From: a bacterium
Lineage (GTDB): Bacteria; Desulfobacterota; DSWW01
DNA: 64,000 nt
Direction: 5' to 3'
Assembly: GCA_040756235.1 (NCBI GenBank)
Contig: JBFLZG010000002.1
Location: 32,001-96,000, forward strand
In this document: one piece after another, positions 31,829 to 40,770 of the stretch
How positions within the stretch are numbered: position 1 is the stretch's first letter
How the letters are laid out: each line of letters opens with the position of its first letter
Notes under the pieces: generated by a model
Database searches by the model: none
Seen by the model: only the letters and a program-made list of their open reading frames with translations
Told to the model about the DNA's origin: nothing
Translations under genes and position numbers: made by a program

Positions 31829-32026
31829 GCCCTTGGATAGCGCTGCTTCGAGTGTGTGTGCCGCGTCCGAAAGCCCCGAACGACGGATGGCCCTGGTGAG
31901 CCCGGCGTCTCATCGTGCCGGGGTTGCCCGGGGCCATGGATAGCGGACTCGCACGGGCTTGCACCTTGAAGCGTGAAAAGGACGCACGGTGCGCAAGCCC
32001 GGGAGCGCTCGGCACCCGGTGGCCGG

Positions 32027-32788
32027 ATGGAGGAAGACGAGGTGTTTTACCTGAGCGCTTTTTACATTGCTTTGGGATTGTACGCCCTTGTCTTCCTGCT
32101 CTCCCTCTCCAGGGAGAGGCGATCGCGTCGCTTCTATCAGGCGGTCTGGGTTGCGCCCCTGGTTTTCAACGCTCTGGCCTTTGCCGCCATGGTGGTGCAG
32201 TCGGGTCAGTTGCCGACTCATTTTCTTTTCGAACGGCATCTTCAGCTCGGACTCTGGCTCGGGCTCCTCCTGTGGGTCGATTCCTTTCTCGAGGACACCA
32301 GGAGGATCGCGCCGTACGTTGCTGCCATGATCGCGGCCCTGTTTGCCGTGAGCCTGTTCTTTCCGAAGGGGCTGACCCCGCCGGTTTATCGATACTCCCT
32401 TCTGTGGGCGCGGCTCTTCCTGGAGCTGGAGGCGCTGTCCTTCGCGCTCTTCCTATTCGCTTCCGCCTGGTACCTGGTTTACCTTGTGGAGGGCAGAGGC
32501 GGCGGAGCTTCCTCCACGGCCTACCTGCGGAAAGGAAGGAAGTGCCTGCTGGTCGGGTTCACCGTCTTCCTGGCCTCACAGTTCTTCGGGTCCATCTGGT
32601 CCCTGCAGGGCTGGGGCGACTACTGGATGTGGGGGAAGATGGCCTTTGCCGGGGTGGTCATCTGGTTCTACGTGATGTTCGTCATTCACTCGAGATATGT
32701 TCCCGCCTGCAGCCGTTCCTTCGAGGCGGGCGTCGGGTTTCTCCTCTTTGTGATCGTCATCGCATACAGGATGATCTGGCAGGCATGA
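32027..32788 (+). CDS. ccsA: Cytochrome c synthase CcsA/ResC-like (system II)
   Basis: Multi-TM; Trp-rich GSIWSLQGWGDYWMWGK motif; His in FVIHSR. Confidence 0.8.
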   Translation: MEEDEVFYLSAFYIALGLYALVFLLSLSRERRSRRFYQAVWVAPLVFNALAFAAMVVQSGQLPTHFLFERHLQLGLWLGLLLWVDSFLEDTRRIAPYVAAMIAALFAVSLFFPKGLTPPVYRYSLLWARLFLELEALSFALFLFASAWYLVYLVEGRGGGASSTAYLRKGRKCLLVGFTVFLASQFFGSIWSLQGWGDYWMWGKMAFAGVVIWFYVMFVIHSRYVPACSRSFEAGVGFLLFVIVIAYRMIWQA

Positions 32789-33678
32789 CAAAGCTCATCC
32801 GCTTGTTGGGCTCCCTCGAGTGGACTTTGATCCTCATGGTCCTGGTGTGCGTCTGGTTCGCCGTGGGGGGGATCCTGGCCGTATCCTCCCAGTACGGCAA
32901 TACCGTGAGGGCCCTGAACGATCAGCTCGCGGCGCGGTCGCTCAGCGAGCTCCCCCATCTCGAGGACCCGATTTGGTCCCCCTACTTCAACTGGACCCAG
33001 ATCCAGAAAGACATGGTCGCCGGATTGCCTCATCCGGAGCGCACGGTCCGGGCCTGGCTCTGGGGGGCCTTCATCCTGGCCTTGCTTCTGGGCGTCAATC
33101 TGATCCTGGCAACATGGGACTGGGTCGTGGACCTGTTCCGCAGGCGCCTGGATCTTCGCCGCTATCTCCTGCTCGGCATGCACGTCCTGTTTGGCGTGGT
33201 GCTGGCTGGCCACCTGGCGAGCGCTGCCCTCGGGTTCAAGAAAGTCGGCCAGGTTCCGGTCCGGGTCGGAGAGCGCATCGAGTTCCTGAACCGCTATGCC
33301 CTGTCGGTCGACAGAGTCGAAACCATCGAACAGAAAGACGGGACCGGCAATGCCGCAGGGAAGGCCTGGATGACGCCGGACCTGTTCGTGAGGCAGCCGG
33401 TGCGGGTCCTGTTCACCCTGTATGACAACGGGGAAGCGGTGCACTCGGGAGAGGTGGCAGCTTATCACAGCGACGCGTTCGACGGGATGCAGATCCACCT
33501 GGCTCCTTTCAGCTTCAGGAGCCAGGTCAGCCACGATTTCACCGGCAGGGGCGTGGGCCCGCAAGTCGTGATTTCGAGGAACCCGGGCGTTCCGATCATG
33601 CTCCTTTTCCAGCCCATCTGGATTCTCGTTCTCCTGGTCTACGTGCTCGTGACGTTCCGCTCCCACACGGAAAGCTGA
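32785..33678 (+). CDS. ResB/CcsB-like cytochrome c biogenesis protein
   Basis: ATGA overlap with ccsA; LGSL start, LLGVNL, MH TM motif, periplasmic domain, C-terminal RNPG+TM. Confidence 0.7.
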   Translation: MTKLIRLLGSLEWTLILMVLVCVWFAVGGILAVSSQYGNTVRALNDQLAARSLSELPHLEDPIWSPYFNWTQIQKDMVAGLPHPERTVRAWLWGAFILALLLGVNLILATWDWVVDLFRRRLDLRRYLLLGMHVLFGVVLAGHLASAALGFKKVGQVPVRVGERIEFLNRYALSVDRVETIEQKDGTGNAAGKAWMTPDLFVRQPVRVLFTLYDNGEAVHSGEVAAYHSDAFDGMQIHLAPFSFRSQVSHDFTGRGVGPQVVISRNPGVPIMLLFQPIWILVLLVYVLVTFRSHTES

Positions 33679-33772
33679 GCCGACCCGGCGTCCCCCGTCC
33701 CCTTCTTCCCTGCCCGGCGTCTCGCCGCTTGCGACGCGCTCCGTAGCGCGACGCCCCGAAGCCCGATTTCCC

Positions 33773-33816
33773 TTGACACTGGCCGCGGCGCTCTGATATT
33801 TGAATAGCCATTCAAA
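33773..33816 (+). promoter_or_regulatory. Promoter with overlapping palindromic operator upstream of the TetR gene
   Basis: TTGACA at 33773; perfect inverted repeat TTTGAAT-AGCC-ATTCAAA at 33799-33816. Confidence 0.6.
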
Positions 33817-33842
33817 CAATAATTCCTCCGAAGAGTGACCCG

Positions 33843-34577
33843 ATGGGTCGTGCCAGCCTGGCTCCGGTGCGGAAGAGAGAGATCCTGGAGCAGTTCCACG
33901 AAGTCCTGAAGGACGAAGGGATCGAAGGGGCCTCCATCGTCAAGGTCGCCGGCCGCATGGGCGTCTATCCGAGCCACATCATCCACTATTTCCCTACCAA
34001 AGAGCAGCTCGTCATCGAATCGGTCGACTTTGTCGTGGAGCGCTACGAGCGGAGCTTTGCCGCCTCCCTGTACAGCAGGGCAAGGGGGTCGGAGCGGCTG
34101 GAGCACCTGCTGGAGACGCTCCTCAGCCTCGAGTGGGCACAGTTGTTCGAGGGCCCCGTCTTTTACGGGATCTACTACCTGAGCCTTCGGAACCAGGCCG
34201 TCTACAGCTCGGTGGCCGGCATGTACCGCAGATTCCGGGACCACTTGACCGATGTGCTCGAGGACTGCAGGGCCTTGCGTGTCCTGCGTCCCGTGCATCC
34301 GGCGGAAGAGGCCCAGAACATCATCGCCATGGTGGAAGGGCTCGGGTTTTACGCCAACCTGTGCCGCGATGCGGACAGGGTCCGTGCCATCGGCAGGGCG
34401 TTCAAGGAGATGATCTGGTCACGTCTGGTGGCAGAGAAGCCGCGCGCCCGAAGGTCCGCTGCGCGCGCGGAGCTTCCCGGAGCCAAGAGCGCCAACAGAC
34501 AGAGCACCGGTCGCGAGCGGAGGCGCGCACGGTGCTTCCCTGCAGATCCGAGAGGGTGTCGAAAAACACCCTCTTGA
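33843..34577 (+). CDS. TetR-family (BetI-like) transcriptional regulator
   Basis: RKREIL..GIEGASIVKVA..MGV..IIHYFPTKEQL HTH; C-terminal tail runs into a repeat hairpin. Confidence 0.88.
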   Translation: MGRASLAPVRKREILEQFHEVLKDEGIEGASIVKVAGRMGVYPSHIIHYFPTKEQLVIESVDFVVERYERSFAASLYSRARGSERLEHLLETLLSLEWAQLFEGPVFYGIYYLSLRNQAVYSSVAGMYRRFRDHLTDVLEDCRALRVLRPVHPAEEAQNIIAMVEGLGFYANLCRDADRVRAIGRAFKEMIWSRLVAEKPRARRSAARAELPGAKSANRQSTGRERRRARCFPADPRGCRKTPS

Positions 34578-34737
34578 GAGGCTGATGAGAAATGGCCAGA
34601 TGCAAGGCGCGCTAAATCCTGAGGAATGAGGCTAGATGGCGGTCACGATGGACCCCGGCCTTCGCCGGGGCAGGCTCCCCCCGCCTCACGCTCCGATGAG
34701 CGCAACGCCGCAGATGGCCGTTTATCGACAGCCTCTC
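34576..34737 (+). repeat. Repeat family A, copy 5
   Basis: GAGAGGCTG..CCAGATGCAAGGCGCG ... GCAGATGGCCGTTTATCGACAGCCTCTC. Confidence 0.9.
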
Positions 34738-34756
34738 CGAAGAGGAGGGCGGAGTC

Positions 34757-35920
34757 ATGAGGATGATCGTGTTGGGCGGAGCGGGTATGGTGGGGTCCGT
34801 GGTGGTCCGAGACCTCGTGCGGGTTCCGGGGGTCCGAGAAGTGGCGGTGGCCGATTTCGACTTCGAGACGGCGCAGAAGAAGGCGGCGGAGCTCGGCCTC
34901 CCCGCCTCGGCAAAGGCGGCCGACATTCACGACAGGGCCTCTCTGGTGGGTCTCCTCAAGGGCTATGACGTGGCGGTCAACTGCGTCGGTCCCTTCTATC
35001 GGAACGTGCCCAAGGTGCTGGAGGCGTGTCTGGAGTCCCGGGTCCACTACGTGGATATGTGCGACGATTACGACGCGTCGGAGCGGCTCCTCGGCTACCA
35101 TGATCGATGCCGCCAGGCGAACATCACCGCCATCATCTCGCTGGGCGCCAGCCCGGGTTTCACCAATCTCTGCGGCCTCCTCGGCGCCCGCAAGATGGAG
35201 CCGCAGGAGATTCACACCGCCTGGGTGGAGAGCATCTCCGACGTGGGCGGCGGCTTTGCAACCGTCTGGCACGGCATCCACATGGCTCACGGAGAGGTGC
35301 CGCAATTTCTGGACGGGCAGTGGACCAAGGTGCCGGCCCTGAGCGGAGCCGAGGAGCTCGAGTTCCCCGCGCCCCTGGGCCGCTACCCGGTCTACTATCT
35401 CGGCCACTCGGAGCCCGTGACCCTGCCCCGGTACATTCGGGGCCTCAAGGTCGCCACCAACAAGGGCAACATGTGGCCGAGCGAGATCGACCTGAAAACC
35501 ATTCTGAAGCCGTTCATCGATCTCGGGCTCGGGGACACGGACACCATCCGCATCGAGGGCCGGGAGATCGTCAAACGCGACTTCCTGGTCCAGTACCTGA
35601 TCCAGGCGGTCCTGGCCCAGCCCGCTGGCCAGGAGCCTGAGGAGCCTCAGAACGCCGTGAGCTTCATGGCCAGGGTCGACGTGAAGGGCGCCGCGAATGG
35701 GAAGAAGGTGCATCATGTCTACACGGCCGCCATGGACACCAACGAGGGGACCGGCGGCTCGGCCGCCTATGGCGCGTGGTCGATTGCCAGCGGGAAGATC
35801 ACCGCCCGAGGCTGTTTTGCCCCCGAAGGATGCATCGACCCGGAAGACTACTTCCGGCACATGGCTTCCAAGGGGATCCATCTCTACGAGACGCGGGCGA
35901 TGACGGAGCGGTACACGTGA
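34757..35920 (+). CDS. Saccharopine dehydrogenase / lysine 6-dehydrogenase-like NAD(P) oxidoreductase
   Basis: LGGAGMVG, NCVGPFY, HYVDMCDD, GASPG, GHSEPVTLP, G.FAPE. Confidence 0.85.
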   Translation: MRMIVLGGAGMVGSVVVRDLVRVPGVREVAVADFDFETAQKKAAELGLPASAKAADIHDRASLVGLLKGYDVAVNCVGPFYRNVPKVLEACLESRVHYVDMCDDYDASERLLGYHDRCRQANITAIISLGASPGFTNLCGLLGARKMEPQEIHTAWVESISDVGGGFATVWHGIHMAHGEVPQFLDGQWTKVPALSGAEELEFPAPLGRYPVYYLGHSEPVTLPRYIRGLKVATNKGNMWPSEIDLKTILKPFIDLGLGDTDTIRIEGREIVKRDFLVQYLIQAVLAQPAGQEPEEPQNAVSFMARVDVKGAANGKKVHHVYTAAMDTNEGTGGSAAYGAWSIASGKITARGCFAPEGCIDPEDYFRHMASKGIHLYETRAMTERYT

Positions 35921-35999
35921 CGGTCTGCAGGGCTTGATTTGCGACCGCGGATGGCCGTTCATCGGCAGCCTCCGAAAGGAGGGACAGAGAGGAGTCACC

Positions 36000-37721
36000 A
36001 TGCTGGATCTCCTCATCCGCAACGGGACGATCGTAGACGGTACGGGGAAGAAGGCCTACCGCGGCGACCTCGGGCTCTCGGCCGACAGGATCGCCGAAGT
36101 GGGAAACCTGTCCGAGGCCACGGCGGCACAGAGCCTCGATGCGGAAGGCCTGGTGGTTGCGCCCGGATTCATCGACGTCCACTCCCACCATGATCTTTAC
36201 ATCGTCGACCAGGATCCGCTGTCCCGGTTCGAGTCGTTCGTGCGGCAGGGCGTGACGACCTCGGTCGTTGGCAACTGCGGATGGACCCTGGCGCCCTGCA
36301 CCGAGGGGCGCCAGGAGACGGTGCTGGAGCTCGTGCGCAGCATGGGTGTTCCCATGGAGAGATTCTACTGGCACTCCATGGACGATTATCTCACCTATCT
36401 CGAGCGGCTCGGGCTCATGTGCAACGTTGTCCAGCTGGTCGGACACGGGACCGTCCGGCTCTGCGTCATGGGGGATCAGAACCGCTTCGCTACGGAAGAC
36501 GAGCTGAAGCAGATGAGCCGGCTCGTGCGCGAGAGCCTGGAGGCGGGCTGCGCAGGCTTTTCGTCGGGCCTCATGTACTACCCCGGAATGTACGCCCACA
36601 CGGACGAGCTCGTCGCCCTGGCCCGGCTGGCGGGCGACCTGGGGCGCCCCTATGCGACGCATCTGCGCGGGTACTGTACGACCCTGCCGGAGTCCCTGGC
36701 AGAGGCGGTGAAGATCGCCTCCGATTGCGGGGCGCCCCTTCAGGTCTCCCACTTGCACGCGGTCCCTTTTTTCGGCCGCTGGGCGAGCCTGGTGATCTCG
36801 GCGGTCGGCTTCATCGAAGCGGTGAACGCAATCGTACCGCTGCCCGGGCTTCCGGCCTCCGCCCTGGACAAGGGTCTCAAGGTGATCGATGAGGCCCGCC
36901 GCAAAGGCGTGGACATCGGCCTGGACGCGGTCCCCTACACCCTGGGGAACACCACCACCACGGTTCTTTTTCCGCCCTGGGCCAACCGCGGCGGAAGGAG
37001 GAAGCTGCTCGAGAGGCTGAAGGATCCGGCCGCCCGGGAGCGCATGCGGCGCGACGTGGCCACCATCGTTCCGCGCTGGCCCCATTGGGAGGAGGGCTCC
37101 TGGTCGGACCCCTACATCCGGGCCCTCGGCTGGAAGCCGATCCGCGTGCTCTCGGTGCGGAGCGATGCCAACCGCTGGGCGGAGGGATGTACGTTCGCGG
37201 AGATCGGCAGGTGTTGGGGGCTGGAGCCCTTCGAGGCGCTCTGCCGGCTGTCGCTCGAGGAAGAAGGGGAAGTGACCTTCACCTTCGGGTTCCCCGCGCG
37301 CCCCTGGATCGAGAAGATGTTCAACGAGATGATGCGCCACTCGCTGCTGGCGATCGGCGCCGATTCCGTCCTGCCCGGCGCCGGCGGAACCCCTCCGCCC
37401 TCCGCGTACGGGTGCTTCCCCAGGGTCCTCGGCCACTACTCGCGGGAGCTCGGGCTGTTCCCGCTGGAGGAGGCGGTGCGCAAGATGACCGGGCTTCCGG
37501 CCTCCCGCTATCGGCTGTCCGGCAGGGGGGAGATCCGAAAGGGGGCGCATGCGGACTTGGTGCTGTTCGATTCGGGCCGGATCGGTGAGGCGTTCACGCC
37601 CGACGGGAAGCCGGTCTTTGCGGAAGGGATCGAGCACGTCTTCATCAACGGCCTGCCGGTCGTTTCGCGAGGCAGGTTGAATCGGGATCTCCGCGCCGGA
37701 AAGGTCCTGCGCATTTCATGA
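36000..37721 (+). CDS. N-acyl-D-amino-acid deacylase family amidohydrolase
   Basis: IVDGTG, PGFIDVHSH, GVTT..GNCG, GFSSGL.YYPG, YGCFPRVL, ADLVLFD. Confidence 0.88.
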   Translation: MLDLLIRNGTIVDGTGKKAYRGDLGLSADRIAEVGNLSEATAAQSLDAEGLVVAPGFIDVHSHHDLYIVDQDPLSRFESFVRQGVTTSVVGNCGWTLAPCTEGRQETVLELVRSMGVPMERFYWHSMDDYLTYLERLGLMCNVVQLVGHGTVRLCVMGDQNRFATEDELKQMSRLVRESLEAGCAGFSSGLMYYPGMYAHTDELVALARLAGDLGRPYATHLRGYCTTLPESLAEAVKIASDCGAPLQVSHLHAVPFFGRWASLVISAVGFIEAVNAIVPLPGLPASALDKGLKVIDEARRKGVDIGLDAVPYTLGNTTTTVLFPPWANRGGRRKLLERLKDPAARERMRRDVATIVPRWPHWEEGSWSDPYIRALGWKPIRVLSVRSDANRWAEGCTFAEIGRCWGLEPFEALCRLSLEEEGEVTFTFGFPARPWIEKMFNEMMRHSLLAIGADSVLPGAGGTPPPSAYGCFPRVLGHYSRELGLFPLEEAVRKMTGLPASRYRLSGRGEIRKGAHADLVLFDSGRIGEAFTPDGKPVFAEGIEHVFINGLPVVSRGRLNRDLRAGKVLRIS

Positions 37722-37804
37722 GAGGGGCCTTTCCCCGCTTCCTGCAGCTTGCGAGGGATTAGGCTCTCGGAAAACCCATGAGTGGCGATTGGGAGGGCTG
37801 GCGG

Positions 37805-39208
37805 ATGAACCAACAGAAACAGACTGTCTACCCCTACATTCCGAATTCCGCGCCGGAGACGCGCAGGGAGATGCTCGAGAAAACAGGGGCCCGGGAGGTC
37901 GAGGACCTGTATCGCGAAATCCCGGAGAGACTCCGGCTCAAGAGGCCCCTGGACCTGCCGCAGCCGTTTCTTTCCGAATACGATTTGAAGCGGCACGTCC
38001 GGGGAATCCTGGGCCGGAACAAGTCGTGTGAGGAGTACTTGAGCTTCTTGGGCGCCGGCTGCTACCAGCACCACGTGCCGGCGGTCGTCGACGTCATCGT
38101 AAACCGGGGGGAGTTTCTGACCGCCTATTACGGGAACACGTACTCGGATATGGGCCGATTTCAGGTCATGTTCGAGTATGTGAGCATGCTCACGGAGCTG
38201 GTGGGCATGGACGTGGCCGGGTTCCCGCTGTTCGACGGGTCGTCATCGGCGGGGACCGCCGTCCGGATGTGCGCCCGGATCACGGGCCGGCCCGAGGTCC
38301 TCGTGCCGGATACCATGAGCCCCTTCCGGATGCAGGTCGTGGAGTGCTACTGCCGGGGCAAGGAGGTCAAGAGCATCCGCAAGGTCTCGTCCCATCCGGA
38401 TACGGGCCTCATGGATCTCGACGACCTGAAGTCCAAGATCAGCTCTCAGACCGCCGCGGTTTTCTTTGAGAACCCGTCCTACCTCGGCATGATCGAGACC
38501 CAGGGCCGGGAGATCGCGGAAGTGGTGCACGCAAACGGCTCGCTCGTTGCGGTCGGAGTCAATCCCATGTCGCTGGGCGTGCTCGCGCCTCCCGGGCATT
38601 ACGGCGCCGACGTGGTGTCCGGCGACACGCAGCCCCTGGGCGTTCACATGAGCTACGGAGGCGGCGCGTGCGGCTTCGTGGCGGTCCGGGATGTCGAAGC
38701 GCACATTGCCGAGCTTCCGCCTCTGATGGACTCCATCGCCGACCTGGAGCAGGGAGAAGGGTTCGGGTTCAATCTGTTCGCGTGGGCGGAGCGGCTTTCC
38801 TACGCGGCCCGGGAGAACGCCAAAGAGTACACCGGAACGTCCACCGCGCTGTGGAGCACGGCGAACGCGGTCTACATGGCGCTCATGGGTCCTCAGGGCA
38901 TGCGCGAGATCGGCGCGGCCATCCTCCAGAAGAGCCACTACCTCCGCAAGCTCCTGGCCGAGGTCCCGGGAATCCGGATGCCGTTCCGCTCGGCCCACTT
39001 CAACGAGTTCGTGGTGAGCTACGAGGGCGCCGGCAGGACGGTGCGCAAGATCAACCAGGCGCTTCTCAAGCTCAAGATCTTCGGAGGCAAGGATCTCTCC
39101 CGGGAGTTCCCGCAGCTCGGCCAGAGCGCCCTGTACTGCGTCTCGGAAGTCCACACGGCCGAGGCCCTGAAGAGGCTCGCCCAGGCCCTGAAGGAGGTGC
39201 TGGCATGA
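37805..39208 (+). CDS. Divergent glycine decarboxylase P-protein subunit 1-like
   Basis: YPYIPN, FLGAGCYQH, EFLTAY, HFNEFVV; lacks YTPYQPE and REQHIRREKATSN. Confidence 0.85.
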   Translation: MNQQKQTVYPYIPNSAPETRREMLEKTGAREVEDLYREIPERLRLKRPLDLPQPFLSEYDLKRHVRGILGRNKSCEEYLSFLGAGCYQHHVPAVVDVIVNRGEFLTAYYGNTYSDMGRFQVMFEYVSMLTELVGMDVAGFPLFDGSSSAGTAVRMCARITGRPEVLVPDTMSPFRMQVVECYCRGKEVKSIRKVSSHPDTGLMDLDDLKSKISSQTAAVFFENPSYLGMIETQGREIAEVVHANGSLVAVGVNPMSLGVLAPPGHYGADVVSGDTQPLGVHMSYGGGACGFVAVRDVEAHIAELPPLMDSIADLEQGEGFGFNLFAWAERLSYAARENAKEYTGTSTALWSTANAVYMALMGPQGMREIGAAILQKSHYLRKLLAEVPGIRMPFRSAHFNEFVVSYEGAGRTVRKINQALLKLKIFGGKDLSREFPQLGQSALYCVSEVHTAEALKRLAQALKEVLA

Positions 39209-40770
39209 CTCGAGAAATCAAGCTGCGCAACTATCACGCCCAGGTCTGGGACGAGCCGCTCATCATGGACCTGTCCGTCAAAGGGCAGCGCGGCATTCTG
39301 CCGCCGGAGAGTGAGGAGGAGATCCGGGCTGCCGTGGGCGACGCCGAAGGGCTGATCCCCGCGGCCATGCGGCGGACCCGGCCGCCCGAGCTTCCCGAGG
39401 TCGCCCAGCCCCAGGTTGTCCGCCACTACACGCGGCTCTCCCAGATGACCATGGGGAACGACGTGAGCAACGACGTCGGGGTCGGCACCTGCACGATGAA
39501 GTACAGCCCGAAGGTGAACGAGCAGCTCTGCGCCCTGCCCGAGATGGCGGAGTTGCACCCGTGCCAGAACGAGTCGACCGTGCAGGGAATCCTCGAAATC
39601 CTGTACCGGACGCGAGATTTCCTGCGCGAGATCTCCGGCATGGACGAGGTGAGCTTCCAGCCCGCGAGCGGCGGGCAGGCGGTCCTGACGGCCGCGGCGA
39701 TCGCCAGGGCGTACCACGAGGCCGCCGGAGAGGGGCGGAAGAGGGACCAGGTCATCACCACGATCCACTCGCATCCCGTGGATGCCGCCTGTCCCGCGAC
39801 CCTCGGCTACGAGGTGGTCACCCTCATGCCGGACAAGGACGGGTACCCGGATCTGGAGGCCCTCAAGGCCGCGGTCTCGGAGCGGACCGCGGCCTTGATG
39901 ATCACGAACCCGGAGGACATCGGGCTGTACAACCCGAGGATCGACGAGTTCGTGCGCATCGTGCACGCCGCCGGCGGGCTCTGCTTCACGGACCAGGCCA
40001 ATGCCAACGGCGTGCTCGGCAAGGCCAGGGCCGCCGACGCCGGGTTCGACATGTGTCACTTCAACCTGCACAAGACCTTTTCTTCGCCCCACGGCGGCAT
40101 GGGGCCCGGGTGCGGCGCCCTGGCGGTCAAGGAAAAGCTGGCCAAGTTTCTCCCGCTGCCGGTCGTGACGTTCAACGGCAGGAAGTACGGTCTCGACTTC
40201 AAACGGCCGAGGAGCATCGGCAAGGTGCGGGACTTCTACGGGAACGTGCCGGTGGTGCTGCGCACCTACGCCTGGATCATGAGCCTCGGGGCCAAGGGCC
40301 TCGAGACGGTTGCCGAGACCGCGGTGATCAACAACAACTACCTGGAGAGCCTGCTCCTGGCGATTCCCGGGGTGACCGAGTCCTATGGGCCCGGCAAGAT
40401 CCGGCTGGACCAGATTCGATACAGCTGGGAGAAGCTGGCTGCCGAGACCGGCGTCACCTCGGAGGACATCGAGCGCCGCATGACCGATTTCGGGATCCAG
40501 TCCTACTGGCTCAGCCATCACCCCATGCTGATCCCGGAGCCGTTCACGCCGGAGCCGACCGAGTCCTATTCGAAGGAGGAGATCGAGTACTGGGCGGCCG
40601 TGATGCGGCACATCGATCGCGAAGCGCGCGAAGATCCGCAGAAGGTGAAGTCCGCCCCGCACCGGGGGATCACGACCAAGATCGACGAGAGCGCCGCCTT
40701 CTTTCACGAGAAGTGCATGTTCACCTACAAGAAGTACCGGCGGGAGAAGGAAGGCAAGCGAGGGGAGTGA
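39205..40770 (+). CDS. Divergent glycine decarboxylase P-protein subunit 2-like (PLP)
   Basis: VVRHYTRLSQ, CTMKY, HFNLHKTFSSPHGG PLP-Lys motif, EPTES; ATGA overlap with upstream gene. Confidence 0.88.
   Translation: MTREIKLRNYHAQVWDEPLIMDLSVKGQRGILPPESEEEIRAAVGDAEGLIPAAMRRTRPPELPEVAQPQVVRHYTRLSQMTMGNDVSNDVGVGTCTMKYSPKVNEQLCALPEMAELHPCQNESTVQGILEILYRTRDFLREISGMDEVSFQPASGGQAVLTAAAIARAYHEAAGEGRKRDQVITTIHSHPVDAACPATLGYEVVTLMPDKDGYPDLEALKAAVSERTAALMITNPEDIGLYNPRIDEFVRIVHAAGGLCFTDQANANGVLGKARAADAGFDMCHFNLHKTFSSPHGGMGPGCGALAVKEKLAKFLPLPVVTFNGRKYGLDFKRPRSIGKVRDFYGNVPVVLRTYAWIMSLGAKGLETVAETAVINNNYLESLLLAIPGVTESYGPGKIRLDQIRYSWEKLAAETGVTSEDIERRMTDFGIQSYWLSHHPMLIPEPFTPEPTESYSKEEIEYWAAVMRHIDREAREDPQKVKSAPHRGITTKIDESAAFFHEKCMFTYKKYRREKEGKRGE

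Noticed and set aside
34440..34577. Extra C-terminal domain on TetR (similarly the last ~25 aa of the LipS1-like ORF)
   Set aside because: Low-complexity tail reading into repeat or hairpin DNA rather than a protein domain
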